Shown here in pieces: positions 24,490 to 37,030 of a stretch of 64,000 nt of DNA. The DNA is from Blasia pusilla (lineage: Eukaryota). The notes under the pieces are model-generated. The model made no database searches. It was not told the DNA's origin and was given only the letters and a program-made list of their open reading frames with translations. Positions within the stretch are counted from its first letter, which is position 1. The number at the start of each line of letters is the position of its first letter. A program made the translations under genes and the position numbers. The stretch is from NCBI GenBank assembly GCA_050084515.1, contig CM114271.1, positions 37,944,001 through 38,008,000 on the forward strand, read 5' to 3'.

Positions 24490-25920
24490 GTGGAGGTTGT
24501 GGAGTTCTTGCGCACTGGCGTCATAGCGAGCACAATGAGTGCTAGGGAGCGGGATCGGATCCTACAGAGAGCCAAGAGGTTCAAGTGGGAGGGGACTCAC
24601 ATTTTGCGGATATGGGGAGATGGTAGGATACGAGTGGTACCTCATCCTTCCCAGCAAGCACGTGTAGTGCGACATGCCCATGAGGAGTTGGGACATTTCG
24701 GAGTAAAGCGTATTTACGACTTACTCAGGTGTTCGATATTGGTGGCGCGGCATGCATACTGGGGTACAGAAGTTTGTGGCCAGATGTATGGTATGTGACA
24801 GAGTGCAAGCATCCTTCAATGCTCCCACTCCGCCGTTACATCCTTTGCCAATTATGGGTTTAGGCTATCGGTGGAGTTTAGACTTTGCGGGACCTTTGCC
24901 ATTGATAGGGCGTCATCATAGGTACGTGTTGGTCATGGTGGAGCATTTCTCCAAGTGGATAGAGTTGGTGGCACTACCAGACAAGGCGAGCAAGGGAACA
25001 GCTTATGCATTTCTAGATCGTGTGCTTAGTCACTTTGGTGCACCGGCGGAGGTGTTGACTGACCAAGGTACCGAGTCCAAGGGAGAGTTTCAGGCCTTGT
25101 GTGATCAGGCGCTGATAGATCACCGTACCACATCCAGGGATCATCCTGAGGCGGATGGGTTGGCGGAGAGAGTGGTACAGACGGTGAAGAGAGGATTGCG
25201 CAAGTATGGCTTGCAGCACGGACAGTTGAGGGAGTGGGACCTACAGTTGCCATGGTTGGCTATGGGTTATCGCTTTAGTCGGCAGGCATCCTTGGCTTCA
25301 TTTTCACCGTACTTTTTGCTCTTTGGGAGAGAGCCTGATTTACCTGCAGCGATTCGACGTGACATGACGGAGGTGTTAGATCTTGATGATCCAGATGTGT
25401 GGGTGCAAGCATGTTCTCAGAGGGCAGAAGTTTTTCGTAGAGTTATGCCTATGGCCTTTGAGAACTTAGCTATTGCCCAACATAGAGATACATTGAGGTA
25501 CGCGACCATTCGTGGAGGAGGTTATCGTCCAGGGATTAGGAGGTTTCATCCTGGAGATTACATGTATTTACAACAGGCGGCACCCACGACGCTAGATGTC
25601 ACTGCAAGGCGCACGATCCTACGTGTGCGCGAGGTATTACCGACCGGAGTCCTCATGTTGGAGGGACGGGATGGCATGGTTTGGAAGGATCATGTGCGCA
25701 ATTGTGCGCCATGTCATCTTTCGAACGTAGATGGGACAGTGGATCCGAGCTTGGCAGTGGTACCTGCAGGCTTGAGGTGTATGTTGTGCGGATCTGCGAG
25801 GGGTGCAGCCACCATGTTGGTATGTGATGGTTGTTCTCGAGGGTGGCATATGTCATGTCTGACCCCCCCCCTCTTGATGTGGTTCCCACGGGACGATGGA
25901 TGTGTTCGAGATGTGTATAG
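24490..25920 (+). pseudogene. DDE integrase with C-terminal PHD finger
   Basis: HAHEELGHFG..CMVC; SLDFAGP; LTDQG; GLAERVVQTVK; then CMLC-x10-CDGC..WHMSCLTPPL, continuing after a poly-C frameshift (25863-25871) as DVVPTGRWMCSRCV-stop (25918-25920). Confidence 0.92.
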
Positions 25921-27059
25921 GGTAGTAGGTCATGTCGAGAGATGTGATATTTTCTATATCGGAGTTGGGGGATCCAAGCGCCCGGCTAGGGGCGGTTGAG
26001 TGATCTCCATGTATATGTATGAGTTGATTTTTGTACATGTGTGGATCGACCCGTGTGTGGGGAAGATCGGTGTTGTGTGGTGTAGATGTGACCAGCGATG
26101 TATGTTGTGTAGCGATATGTATGCGCACGACAATGATCTTCTCGATGTCAAGATCTAAATGTCATGAATTAGTGTGGTATCTTATGTGTTCATGTGTGTA
26201 TTAGGTGACAAGGATATATGTTGTGTAGCGATGTGTATGTACATGACATCTACTAACTCGTCTTCATTAATCCATATTTCAATTCTTCTTGAATATTATG
26301 AAGATTTCAATGAACTTCTTCATAGGTTCAAATCTCACGAGAGCCACAGAGAGTGTTGTAACACAAGAGTACAATGTGACCTAAATCTCCCGTACTCAAT
26401 TCCTTTCAAGAGTTAACTTGAAGATCTCTTCTAGAATTAGTAACTTTGTCATTGAAGAAGTCCAGAAAACTCAAGGCCTAAGGCATTCATATCTACCCTT
26501 GCACATTCTTCCGCTTCAAGGATGCAGTCAAACCTTGTTAAAACAACCTACGTTTGCACCTAGTGACCTACAATCAAAGTTCTTCAACTTCTCTAAGGAG
26601 AATTGCACCCATAAAGAAATCTTCTTCTCCTCATGTTGTAGAATTGTTAGACTCTTTGGTGACACCAAGAAAGAACTACCACACTTTGAAGAAATATTCT
26701 TGGATTATATGACAAAAGCTTTGGTCCTTCCAAGGTGGTAGCACACATTTCACACTAAGTCAAGTATCATCTTTCCGATTTAGAAAGTTAATCAAGACCC
26801 CAGATAGACATGATCTTAAATACAAACTATTCTTAATCTTAACGATTCTTAGAGGTGTTTATGGCTTATGCTTATGTGTAGACCATATCAAAATACTTTT
26901 TTCCTTAAGAAATGATGTGAGAAGGCCAAATGCGTCATCCTAGCACCATGCTCTAGCTATACTAGTTAGCATGCTTGTGCTTGCGCACATAAAGAATTTT
27001 TTAATAATTTAGAAATATTTTTATTTCAGAATTTAAATATAGTTTCCACTTTCTTACAT

Positions 27060-27495
27060 CTTGCCCTTGAGCCCGTGCCCTGCCCACCTCGAGCCTACAT
27101 CTGCCCGCTTGGAGCCTGCCCTAGGCCACACCCAATGAGCTTTGAGCCCGCGCCTGCGTGGCCGTAGCCCACACCTGCCCGCCCAGAGCCCGCACTTGCC
27201 CGCCTAGCCTCACACCGCCCTCCCTAGTCTATACTCTGCTGCCCCAGCCCGCACCTGCCCGCCTAGAGCCCGCGTCTGCGTCTTAGCCTACGCCCAATCA
27301 GCCTTGACCCCATGCCTGCCCGCCCCAAGCCCCCACTTGCCCGCCTGGAGCCCGCGCCCGCCCGCTCGGAGCTCGCGCCTGCCCGCTTGGAGCTCGCGCT
27401 TGCCCACCTTGAGCCTGCCCTACGAGCCACGAAAGGGGTGTGGGTCGGGCATGTCCGCGAACATGTCTGGACTTGTCCGTTTCCGTGCAACCTTG
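27060..27495. mobile_element. Truncated hAT-type MITE with GC-rich GCCCGC/GAGCCC subrepeats
   Basis: Right end GTCCGTTTCCGTGCAACCTTG matches the family TIR; interior resembles the reverse complement of 38806-39713. Confidence 0.65.
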
Positions 27496-27619
27496 TGCAT
27501 AGCTTGTGAAGGGAAGGGATTAATGATGCTACACACAAATTCAAACTTTTTTCCTGTTGCCCATAACATATGAAACATTTTCTTGCTGTCCAATTGCCAC
27601 GTGTCAATAGAAGGGCCTT

Positions 27620-28620
27620 AAAAAATAGGTTTCAATAATAAAATTTAAAATTTATGTTAAAATTTTTGATATTTTATTTTATTTTCAAATTTAAGTCTAA
27701 TTTCCATTTTTTAATCTTAAAAGAGTAAGAAAATTTCACCAAATTTTAAATATAATTTCTATTTTCTAAAATCTTAGAAGAGTAATAACATTTCACACTT
27801 CTTTGTAATTACAATCCTCCATTCAAATTTAAATGATATCCCAATTCCCTAAGTAATTTAAAATTACCCTTCCATAGAATTTAAAAAAAATGCACTCCTT
27901 CTCTATGAAAATTTATTTTCTCTTCCCATCAAATATGAGTTGATGGCTAAAATTCTAAAATTTTGATTTTTTTCAAAATTATTTTAATTTATTAATATTT
28001 ATAATCATCCATTATAATATTTAAAAAATTATTAATTGATGAATATCTCTTCTTTCTATTCTACTCAAATCCATGTTCCTTCCTCTAATCCCTATCTATT
28101 TCTACCCATCTAATATGATTCAATCAAAAAAATTCAAACATGTTGTCTATTTTGTTTCACTATCTTGTCCTATTATGCACATGGGGTGGCCAATTATTAT
28201 ATAGATTAATGAAATATTTTCCCTTTTCCATTCAAGCTTATATTCCTTTCCCAAAATATCAACCTTGAATTAACATGATTATTTTAAAAGACAATCATAT
28301 TTTTAATTTTCAAATCTAAAATTTTATTTTTTTCTTAAATCTTAGAAGAGTAATAACATTCCACCCCACTAAATAATTCCACCCTTCCATAAAATTTAAA
28401 TAATATCTACTCCTTCTCTATTAAAATTAGTTTTCCCTTCCCATCAAATATGAATCAAAGGAAAAACTTGAAAATTTTTGGCTACTATCTATTTATCTCA
28501 ATTTTACACTCACTATCATCAATTATAATGTCAATTAATTTAATTAATTATTTTAAAAATATTTTCCTCTTCCATTCAAATTCAGTAAATTTTTCTGTAC
28601 CCATCTTATAGTGAGTTAGT
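27620..28620. repeat. AT-rich dispersed repeat (internally duplicated; inverted relatives at ~47400-47920 and ~58000-58400)
   Basis: Shared blocks such as AAATCTTAGAAGAGTAATAACATT at ~27768 and ~28337, with a reverse-complement-like copy near 47885-47910. Confidence 0.5.
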
Positions 28621-30371
28621 AATAGTAATCTAGTGGTAATCTATTTTGTCTTACTTTATCTTATAAGGTAGCCCATTAGTCTTATGAAAGCTTCCCATAG
28701 GAATATGAAGAGATTCGTCACTACACAGAATATGCGTAAGGCCCACTAGAGAATACACATGGCGTACTCACATCGGGAAAATAAAGGGAATCATAGGGTC
28801 AATGGGTTATAAAGGGGGTCGGTGGAAGTGTGGTTTGAAGAAGCATAAAGAAGAAAGATCCTAGCCCTCTCCGAATAATTAGTAGGCCCGCCTAGTGGTT
28901 GAACGTTGAGGTGCGCAAAGTTTTATACATATTCAACTCCCATTGGTTTATAAACTCTTCATCTGTCCTATTTTTCTTTTCAAAACATATTTTACCCATA
29001 TGTTGACCGATGAAGTAAAGTGGGGCGAAGTCTCATGACTAGTCAATGAGCGCCCTACATTTGGGAAGAGTTCAATTAGATCGACCCAAGTCTCTTCCCG
29101 TAGCTGATTTTGACCCCAAATGCTTTTCCCTTTCCCTTCGCATTTATGCCTAGAGATGTAAGTCATTTTGTGTTCAAATAACGGTTGATTTCCTCATTCA
29201 TGCTATAAATGAACAGAATTGGAGTAATCTTACGACCTACTAGTAGTGTAGCGGACTGACATGGTGACTTGGTCCAGGACTCTAGCTGTGCCACCGCAGC
29301 ACATAATGCCAAATTCGAAAGAATGACGACAATCCTCGAGCGTCCCGACGTTCCGTAAAAGGTAACTGCGTTGAGCTGACAAGTGCACATGTTCTCAACA
29401 ACTACTAGCGGTTTGGGGTCCGAGTCCATCCCGTGATGGACAAGGAGTCTCGGACCGATTGGCTTTCTTTGGAGCATTGAGTTATGTAGTAATCAGTAGT
29501 AGGGTATTCTTCCAGTAATACATGCATGGCCACCTTGTGTCACAGTTGTGCCTATCAATCAATTCCCTCTGCACACTGTGAATTATTCTCCGTTCCGGAG
29601 GGGGTGTGGTGACAAAGATGGCGTACGGTAGCACTACATGACTCATGGCTCACAACTTTGCCACCGAATGTGATGAGCATAAAGTGATCGAAACGGGTGA
29701 AATCGCGGTGTGGTAAGTACAAGGTCCTATGTGTGCGTCGTAACTTCATCGCATAGTTCATTGCATGTCCATCGCATTATTCGCATTATTATGGACCACA
29801 CGTAATTTACGTGGAGTTGAAAGCGTGAAGAGCACATACACTCGGTATATAGAGGTCTAAGTAGTGCGAGCCAAGTGATGACTACGGCTCAAGTGTAACT
29901 GTGTAACCTGGAGATAAGTACGATTGTTGGTTTATTGTCAAAGCTTGTACCCCGTGTACCTAGGTTGATCACTTGTACTTATGAAGAAGTCAAGTGTTGT
30001 AGAATCTAGAGTAGAGTTACCGGGGATCTACGCTACACCCGAGCTTCAAACCTTCGAATTATGCAGATCATAAAATGTATTGGGACGGTTGTTTATCTTA
30101 TTTCCCGATCACTAGCTTGAGCGACACTTTCAGCTCCAAAAACACCGAGGAAAGGCCTAGCACATGATTTTGTCGATGATAAGGAAGTTAAATAGGATGT
30201 GCCAAGGAATCCGATTCTTGGGGAAAATAAGGAAATTGTGAGAAATCTATGAAGAATCAGTTTGTTTCCATGAGATTCACACGGAAGAAAAACACTAGGA
30301 GTCTCTTCAAAACTTCTTCATTATGTCCATCGCGTTGCATAGGTTAGGGTCCGGAACCAGCTATAAGGTGT

Positions 30372-33300
30372 CTCATGCTCCGGCGGCGGAGCTCTACGGG
30401 ATGGCGGCGGTGCTCCACGGGGATGGCAGCGGGGAGGGGAAGGAGATGGTGGGATGGAGGATGGAGGGGGGTCGTGTGTTATGTCAAAACGGAGATACCG
30501 ACTTCCTCTACGTTTTGATCCGTATTAGGGTCCTCTTTGTTGTCTCGTTTTGTTGTAATGTTTTGAATGTTTCCAAGACAACTCATGTTGTTATTTCACA
30601 CCACCCCTCTTTTTTTTCTCTATGTCCTTATTCTGTAGCCACACACGTTCCTCGTTCACGTTTGACCCATGTTTTTTATCCCTTATCCCACTCTATTCCC
30701 ATCTATTTTTTCCATCTATTCTTTTTCCATATCACTAGTACCTCCATACTATCTCTACATTATTTGGGGAAGGGGTTGGGCCATATGTCATAGGTAAGAT
30801 AAGATGGTAGATGAGAGTTCATACTAGGGAGAGCATTTTCGTGGACGGGAAGAGAGTCAGTTACCATTAGGGCTAGTTCAAATGGGGGTTGTGGGGCGGA
30901 TTTTGGCGGGGTTTGTCTCTCGAGTTTGACGGAGGGGGTCATGTTCTCTTCTTGGTGAGAGGTGTCCATGCCTAGACCCACATCAGCCCCTCGTGTAGGG
31001 GCTCGTGGATCGTCTAGCCGGGATACGAAATGCCCTTGTTGTCCCGAATTCTTCTTTCGTTCAGGAATTCGGAACCATTTAGCGGCTAAACATCCTGAAT
31101 TTGATAGATTCGGATGGGTGGTTCCTCCAATCGATCATGGATGCTTACCGGTGCTTCATGCATCATCGCCTCCTCCCGAGGCATGGGAGTGGTTGAGGTC
31201 CCACCTTGGCAGTATCACACGTCTCTTTCGGACCCGTTTTTGCTGCCCGAGGTTGTTTCATAGGATCCCCCATGCTATTCAGGATGAGCTTCGCTAGTCT
31301 TTCATCCTTCCCTTATCTAGGATTGCACTTGATCCTATGGATGATCTCTCGTGATATCTACTACTTCTCCTTCCACGATGGTGTCTTTGCTTTACCCGAG
31401 GAGGGAAAGCTGGCCATAGAGAGGTTGTGGCCCGATTGCGGCGCTTTCGAGGAGGTGATTGGGAGTCTCTGCAGAGCGAGTTCGTGGCATATGCCAGAGG
31501 TAGCACTCCACGTGGTTTCCCAGCACACGATCTTGTAGATGCCAGATTGCGACGATGTAGGAGACTTGGGCGAGCCGGGGAGTACTCGCGAGCGGCTCGT
31601 GCGCTCTGCCCCATGGATATGGCTCCTCCTTCCACTGTTACCATTGACGCCCTCCGGAGGCTACACCCTCGTCCAGTGGTTGACATCCCAACATTTGTAC
31701 GTGACTTCCATCCTGACACGACCTTATGCCTAGAGTCGTCCCTCTTTGCACGGGCACTCGGGCGTTCCCCTAGGATAGCAGCTGGAGGGTTGTCCGGTAT
31801 GATGTACGAACACCTTTGTGATTGCTTTCCCTTTGAGGACTCTGCTAGCGGCTTTTCCGAGTTGCTTCAAGTTGCCTCTCACCTAGCTCAGGGGAGAGTG
31901 CCAACAGCAGTAGGCTAGGTATTGGGGGCGGGGCGACTTTTGGCGTTATCGAAGGAGGGTGGAGGGATCCGTCCGATTGCCAAAGGGGAGGTGCTCTTGC
32001 GGTTGGTGAGTCGCACTATCGCTTTGCAGTTCCGTGAGGCTTTCCAGTCACATCTGAGTCCGCACCAGTTCGGAGTGGCCACGCCAGCCGGTTGTGAGGC
32101 TGTAGCCTTAGGTTTGAGGGCTTGTTTAGATATACATCCGGAGTGGGTGGTTCTCCAAGTTGACGTGGAGAACGCTTTAACTCAGTGTCTCGGGCAGCAA
32201 TCTTCACGGAGTTGAGAGATGCAAGGGGTCCCATAGCGAGCCTGATTCTCTTCGTGCATGCTTTTTATGGGGCTCCCTCGGCTCTCTATTTTCACCACGG
32301 TAGGTTCGAGGAGGAGGTCACGGTCTTCGAGTCTGCTACCGGGACGTGTCAGGGTGATCCCTGGGTGGTGCATTGTTTGCTTTGGCTCATTATCGAGCGG
32401 TTCTTTCTACGGTGGAGGCTTTCCCGGGTTGCATTTTCCCTTCGTTGGCAAATGATACTCACATTGTCGGCCCTGGAGACTTGGTTGTTCTTGCATTTCA
32501 GCACTTTTCAGCACAGTTGGCACACGTCGGCCTCGTGGTGAAGGTGGGAAAGTGCAAGGCTTGGTCTTCATTAGGCTGGTCAGCGGATATTCATTTACCC
32601 GACGGTTTTTTGATACCTGCTAGAGGGCTTTGCGTCTTGGGAGTCCCACTCGAGAGCCAAGACTTTGTATCGAGTTTTGTGGCGGCGGCTCTTACCGAGG
32701 ATCTTCTTCATGTCAACGATCTCACGAGGATTGGTGACCCTCAAGTAGCTTATGGAATCCTCTCGTCATGTTTTGCCCGTAGACTTGGTTATCTGTGTAG
32801 AACCGTGTGGGCGACTAGCCATATTTCTTCCTTGTATAGATTCTTTGATAGAAAGATTATGCAGGCGTTTGGGGATCTTCTAGGACCCGGCTCATTAGAG
32901 TGCCCCGCGAGGGAGTTAGCTCGTAGACAGGCTTCTTGGCCGATTGCCTTTGGTGGAGTAGGGCTCATAGCGACTGAGTTAGTGGCGTCTTCAGCCTTTT
33001 TAGGGAGTTGGGCCACTATAGCACCCTTCCTTTGCTCCTGATTTTTGGTTAGGGATAGACTGCTACTTTTACAGTACGTTTCCCAGGTTGAGGATGGTCT
33101 TTTCCCAATTCAGTCTTCACTCATAGCTTGTAGAGACTCCCTTCTTGTTGAGGCTAGAGCAGTTCTTCCCGCTTTCTCTTCGCTAGTTACCTCCGGACAG
33201 TCTGGGCTCCAATCTTCTTTGATGGAAGCCCACTTTGATGCATTTTTTAGAGCTACTATGTCGGACAGGAATATCCCCATGGAGGTTCGGGCCCGTATTC

Positions 33301-34224
33301 GCTCTTGCTCCGGAAAGGGGGAAGGCTCATGGGTGGGGGCTCGTCCCCTCATCCCGGCTTTCCGCATCGCACCACTTACCTACACTACATCGATGAGGTT
33401 CCGACTGGGCCTGCCCCAACCAACGGTGATTGGTTTGACACATTGCGAGTGTCACTAGAGTCTGGATCCACTTGGTGTGCATTTGGCACGGTGTCCAGTT
33501 GGGGGTGAGAGGATAGCCACTCACAATGTTGTGCAAGATATTATGTTCTCTATTGCTCGGGAGAGTGGATTCCATGTACAAAGAGAGAGGCACTACTCCA
33601 TGCGGGATTCCCTTATCCGTGCTGATCTCTACATGACGAGGGAGTCTGAGGTGGTGGTAGCGGATGTTGTAGTGACTGATCCTACGCGGGAGGCAGTGCG
33701 AGCCCAAGTGGTAGCACAAGGGAGATTGCTACAAGGAGCGGCGGCTGCGGCGGCGGTCAAGAAGACCCACATTTATAGTCGACTTCATGACGGACATCGA
33801 TTTATCCCCCTAGCCATTCAGATGTACGGGGCGATGGGGGAGAGGTTTGACTCATTCTTTACGGATTGCACCCATCATCTCCAGTTGAGAAATGGGTTGT
33901 CCTTAGCCACTGCGATACTTTATTGTAGGCAACGGGTCTCCATAGCTTTGCAGCGTGCCCAGCCAAATGGGCTTCTGCGGCGGGCTCATGCGGTTGGAGA
34001 CGCCAATGCTAGAGGCCCACTTAGTAGTAGTCATAGTTCTCTAGGTGTTGCTGATATTGTCTCTGCTGTTGGTGATTTTGGTCGTTAGGGTTGAAGGCCC
34101 CCTTCTTTCTCCTCGGGGCCGGTTCCGGCCTCTTGAGGTCTATTTTTTGGGTCTCCATGCCTCCTCTTTTGTATCGTGATGGGTTTCCCATCCTTTTTCT
34201 ACATATATATATTTTTATTCTCTC
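30372..34224 (+). mobile_element. CRE-like non-LTR retrotransposon with restriction-like endonuclease, apparently full length, degenerate
   Basis: Perfect 12-bp TSD GCTATAAGGTGT (30360-30371 and 34225-34236); single broken ORF with zinc finger, RT and RLE. Confidence 0.88.
30968..34088 (+). pseudogene. Non-LTR ORF: C2H2 zinc finger - RT - CCHC - PD-(D/E)xK endonuclease
   Basis: CPCC..RNHLAAKH; GGIRPIAKGEVLLRL; PHQFGV; VDVENA; GTCQGDP; SLANDTHIVG; CECH..HLARC; THNVVQD; RADL..ADVVVTDP; FIPLAIQMYG. Confidence 0.88.
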
Positions 34225-35221
34225 GCTATAAGGTGTTGGTTGCTTATCGCTTATGTGTAACTAGCACCTCAAAGCACCTATCCATTAATTAATTACTTCC
34301 TATGGCGAGTTGGCAAGTGCAACAAGCCACAACGTTAAGTGGTTCTATTACTCGAACTAGTTCAATTTTCTGCTGGGAATTTGGAAAAAAAGATTAATCT
34401 ATAGCCGATAAACCCCTCGAGGGGTCGGGGCGTATTGTTAAGGAAGTCTGTTTTTGTTTCAACTTTCTTACGGCTAAACTCACAAAAGTCTCGGTTTTTC
34501 TCAAGACAAACCTTCAATTCTCTCTTCATAACTTTTCGCCTTAGCATTAGATTTTCCCCTCTTCTTAAATTTTGGTTGTTTCCAACCAAAATTTTCTGCC
34601 TTTCCACATATAGACTAGTTTTTCCGTAGTTGTAAAATTCATTCTCATATCAGTATTCCACGTATGGATCTGGTTCACAATCCGAGACCCTAGTCCATCC
34701 CAAAGAGTAGACAGAAAGTCGTCCCGAACCGTGGACAGATCCAGTCAACCCAATTAGATGTCGATATGAACGCGGAAATATGTATCGGAAAAGAAGCATG
34801 CGGGTTCACTACGGTCAGGTCTACATAGCCACGGACAAAGGGTCTAGGAAGGTTCTAGAAGTTGCCCAGTACAGAGCAACCGGATGTGAGTACACACACG
34901 AGGTGAAAACTGGTGCCGTAAAGACTCGTTCAACTGTTACTCCATTCACGACCTTTACAATGGGCCAGGGAATTTTAAGAATCTAGGAGTTTAGGACACA
35001 AATCAAACTCATCGGATTATGAGTATGATACGATACACCGATTAGTATTAATTAGGACGAATGCTCAGGTCTTTATAATGAGCTCGGGTCTCCCTCACCT
35101 CTGCATTGCAGTATCACTCACTCACCTCTAGTGCCTCTCTGCTCTCTAGATCGATCTTCCTCCGAGTTCTGCGTCACGAGGGCTCACTCTCGCTTTCACT
35201 TCAGATCTCGTGTTTTCACAG

Positions 35222-35399
35222 ATGGGTTCATTCGAGCAAGCGATTAACCTGGCTGTGCCAGTGACCGCCCTCTGGGCTGCCCTGAAGGAACAAGATACAC
35301 TTTTCCCCAAGCTCTTACCGGAGGCCATCACCAGCATTGAGCTTATCGAGGGTGGAGAAGGACAAATTGGCTCAATCCGAAAGATCACATTTGGCGCAT
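35222..35399 (+). CDS. PR-10/Bet v 1 (SRPBCC) family protein, exon 1
   Basis: MGSFEQAINLAVPVTALWAAL..LFPKLLPEAITSIELIEGGEGQIGSIRKITFG with the glycine-rich loop; GTAAG donor at 35400; TATA-like TTTATAAT near 35072. Confidence 0.9.
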
Positions 35400-35884
35400 G
35401 TAAGCTAATCTTCGTCCCATCGAGTTCTTCAGTGACTGCATGAAATGAATGTGTGCACTTGAGCTATCTCGATGTATCATAATGAGGATCGCCATGATCG
35501 GTTGTATACTGGATTCATATAGACGAATTTCTCGCGCGCAGTGTAATAGTGAAATTAACGATTGAAGTTACTCCACATGATGATAGATGTAACCATCCAA
35601 GATTATGAGGGAGAAGAATTCGGTGTAGGATGAATGATGACGCATACTTATGGTAGCTCATGTTCTGGATTGCTGTGACAATTTCGTTCACAGGAAGATC
35701 TTGAGAAAATTTCGTAGTTATTTTGTTGCGACTTTTCTACAACTGACTGGACCAAGCTAGCGCGTTGAACAGAAATTTTTCTTTATGAATCAAAAACGTT
35801 TTGACGAAATCTTTGAGTTGTGAAGTTATTACTCATGAATTCGAATGTTGTCCTCCCTGTCACTTCCCCACGCCTGGATTGCAG

Positions 35885-36168
35885 CGGCTCCCCCCGGCTC
35901 ATTCGTGAAGGAGAAGCTGACCGCCCTCGACGAAGCAGCCGGTAAAGTCACCACCGAAGAAATTGAGGGAGGACATCTCGTCTTAGGCTTCACTAAGTGG
36001 GTTACCGTCATGACAGTCAGTGGCGGGGCGGACAAGTCAAATGTGACCTTCGAATTCACCTACGAGGGTGGCTCAGAGAATGTCATTCCTGTGGCCGTCG
36101 AACAAACCAAGGGAGCAACCGTAGCGCTGTTCACGAAACTCGAAGAGTACATCAAAAGCAACGCCTAG
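35885..36168 (+). CDS. PR-10/Bet v 1 family protein, exon 2 (spliced product 153 aa)
   Basis: TTGCAG acceptor at 35884; phase-1 join keeps frame; FVKEKLTALDE..EIEGGHL..LFTKLEEYIKSNA-stop is a typical Bet v 1 C-terminal helix. Confidence 0.9.
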
Positions 36169-36549
36169 ATTCTTGCCACCTCTTATGGGGTTTAAACCAT
36201 CGGGATGTCCTTGCCGAATAGAACTAAAGGCTTGTCTAATCATCGTTTATTAAAGGAAATGTGTGGCTACTTAGGACGTCGACTACAGAGTTCCAATACT
36301 CGAGTTTTGAAATGTTCGCCGTGGTGACTCTGTCTGTTTACCCGGCCGTGCGTTAATATTAATGTTGCGTGATTTGGTGTTCACTTGCCATCTTGTACCA
36401 GATAGTGGCAAGAAAACAATATCGTGTTTGCCGCTAGCTACGATGAGTTGTAGCAAAATTGTCCCGCGATGCTCACCATGAAAATTGTATTGACTTCAAT
36501 TAATTAAAGAGAATTTACAGAATATCAGCAGTAAGGAGAATTTATTAAC

Positions 36550-37030
36550 TGCCGAGTCTTGATCTGTATATGGCCATGAAGTCTTCTTGAATCGAATGAA
36601 TCGGTCTGGCCAGCTTGAATGCTTTGAAACAGTATTGGGAAATGACCGGATGAAATTTCACATAAGTACATCAGCGCTACGATTGGCCTCCGGGTCGATC
36701 ACTCCAGAAATTGACATTTCTGATGGTGCTCGCATGCTCAATTCCCTTCTTTGTCAGATCTTTTGGATGAGCTACAGTACCAACTCTAATGAGAAAAAAA
36801 AATTTTAAATGCCGATTCTTGATCTCCATATGACCATGAATTCTTCTCGAATCGAATGAATCGGCCTGGCCAGATTGGATGCATTCTTATACATTGGGAA
36901 ATGATCAGATGAGAATTGGCATAGCTACATCGACGCAGCGATTGGCCACCGGATTGATCACTCCAGAGATCGAAGTTTCCGCTGGTGTACGCGTGCTCAA
37001 TTCCCTTCTTTGTCCGATATTTTGGGTGAG
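36550..37030. repeat. Diverged ~260-bp tandem duplication downstream of the PR-10 gene
   Basis: TGCCGA.TCTTGATCT...CTCAATTCCCTTCTTTGTC occurs at 36550 and again at 36810. Confidence 0.8.

Larger units (their letters stand above)
17024..26132 (+). mobile_element. Gypsy-like gag-pol retroelement encoding a DNMT3-like methyltransferase and a PHD finger, without LTRs
   Basis: Ends TGTCAC...CACGACA; 4-bp TSD ATGA (17020-17023 and 26133-26136); removing it restores the host B block. Domain order gag-PR-DNMT-RT-RH-INT-PHD. Only ~210 bp lie between the pol stop and the element end, with no copy of the 5' end there. Confidence 0.9.
15020..26248 (+). mobile_element. 5'-truncated relative of the DNMT/PHD element: integrase tail+PHD (15020-15732), B1 (15921-16055), A2 (from 16058), B2 (17002-17023 plus 26137-26248); hosts a MITE and the 17024-26132 element
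   Basis: Nucleotide and peptide similarity to 25200-25920 (FRVMPIAFENLAIA; CILCG..ATTMLVCDRCSRRWYMAC). B2 is split exactly by the nested insertion and ends ...CATGACA at 26248. Confidence 0.75.

Noticed and set aside
17024-26132. Ginger-type DNA transposon or DIRS/Ngaro element
   Set aside because: It has gag, protease, RT and RNase H and only 4-bp terminal inversions (not Ginger). It has a DDE integrase, a TSD and no tyrosine recombinase motifs (not DIRS/Ngaro).
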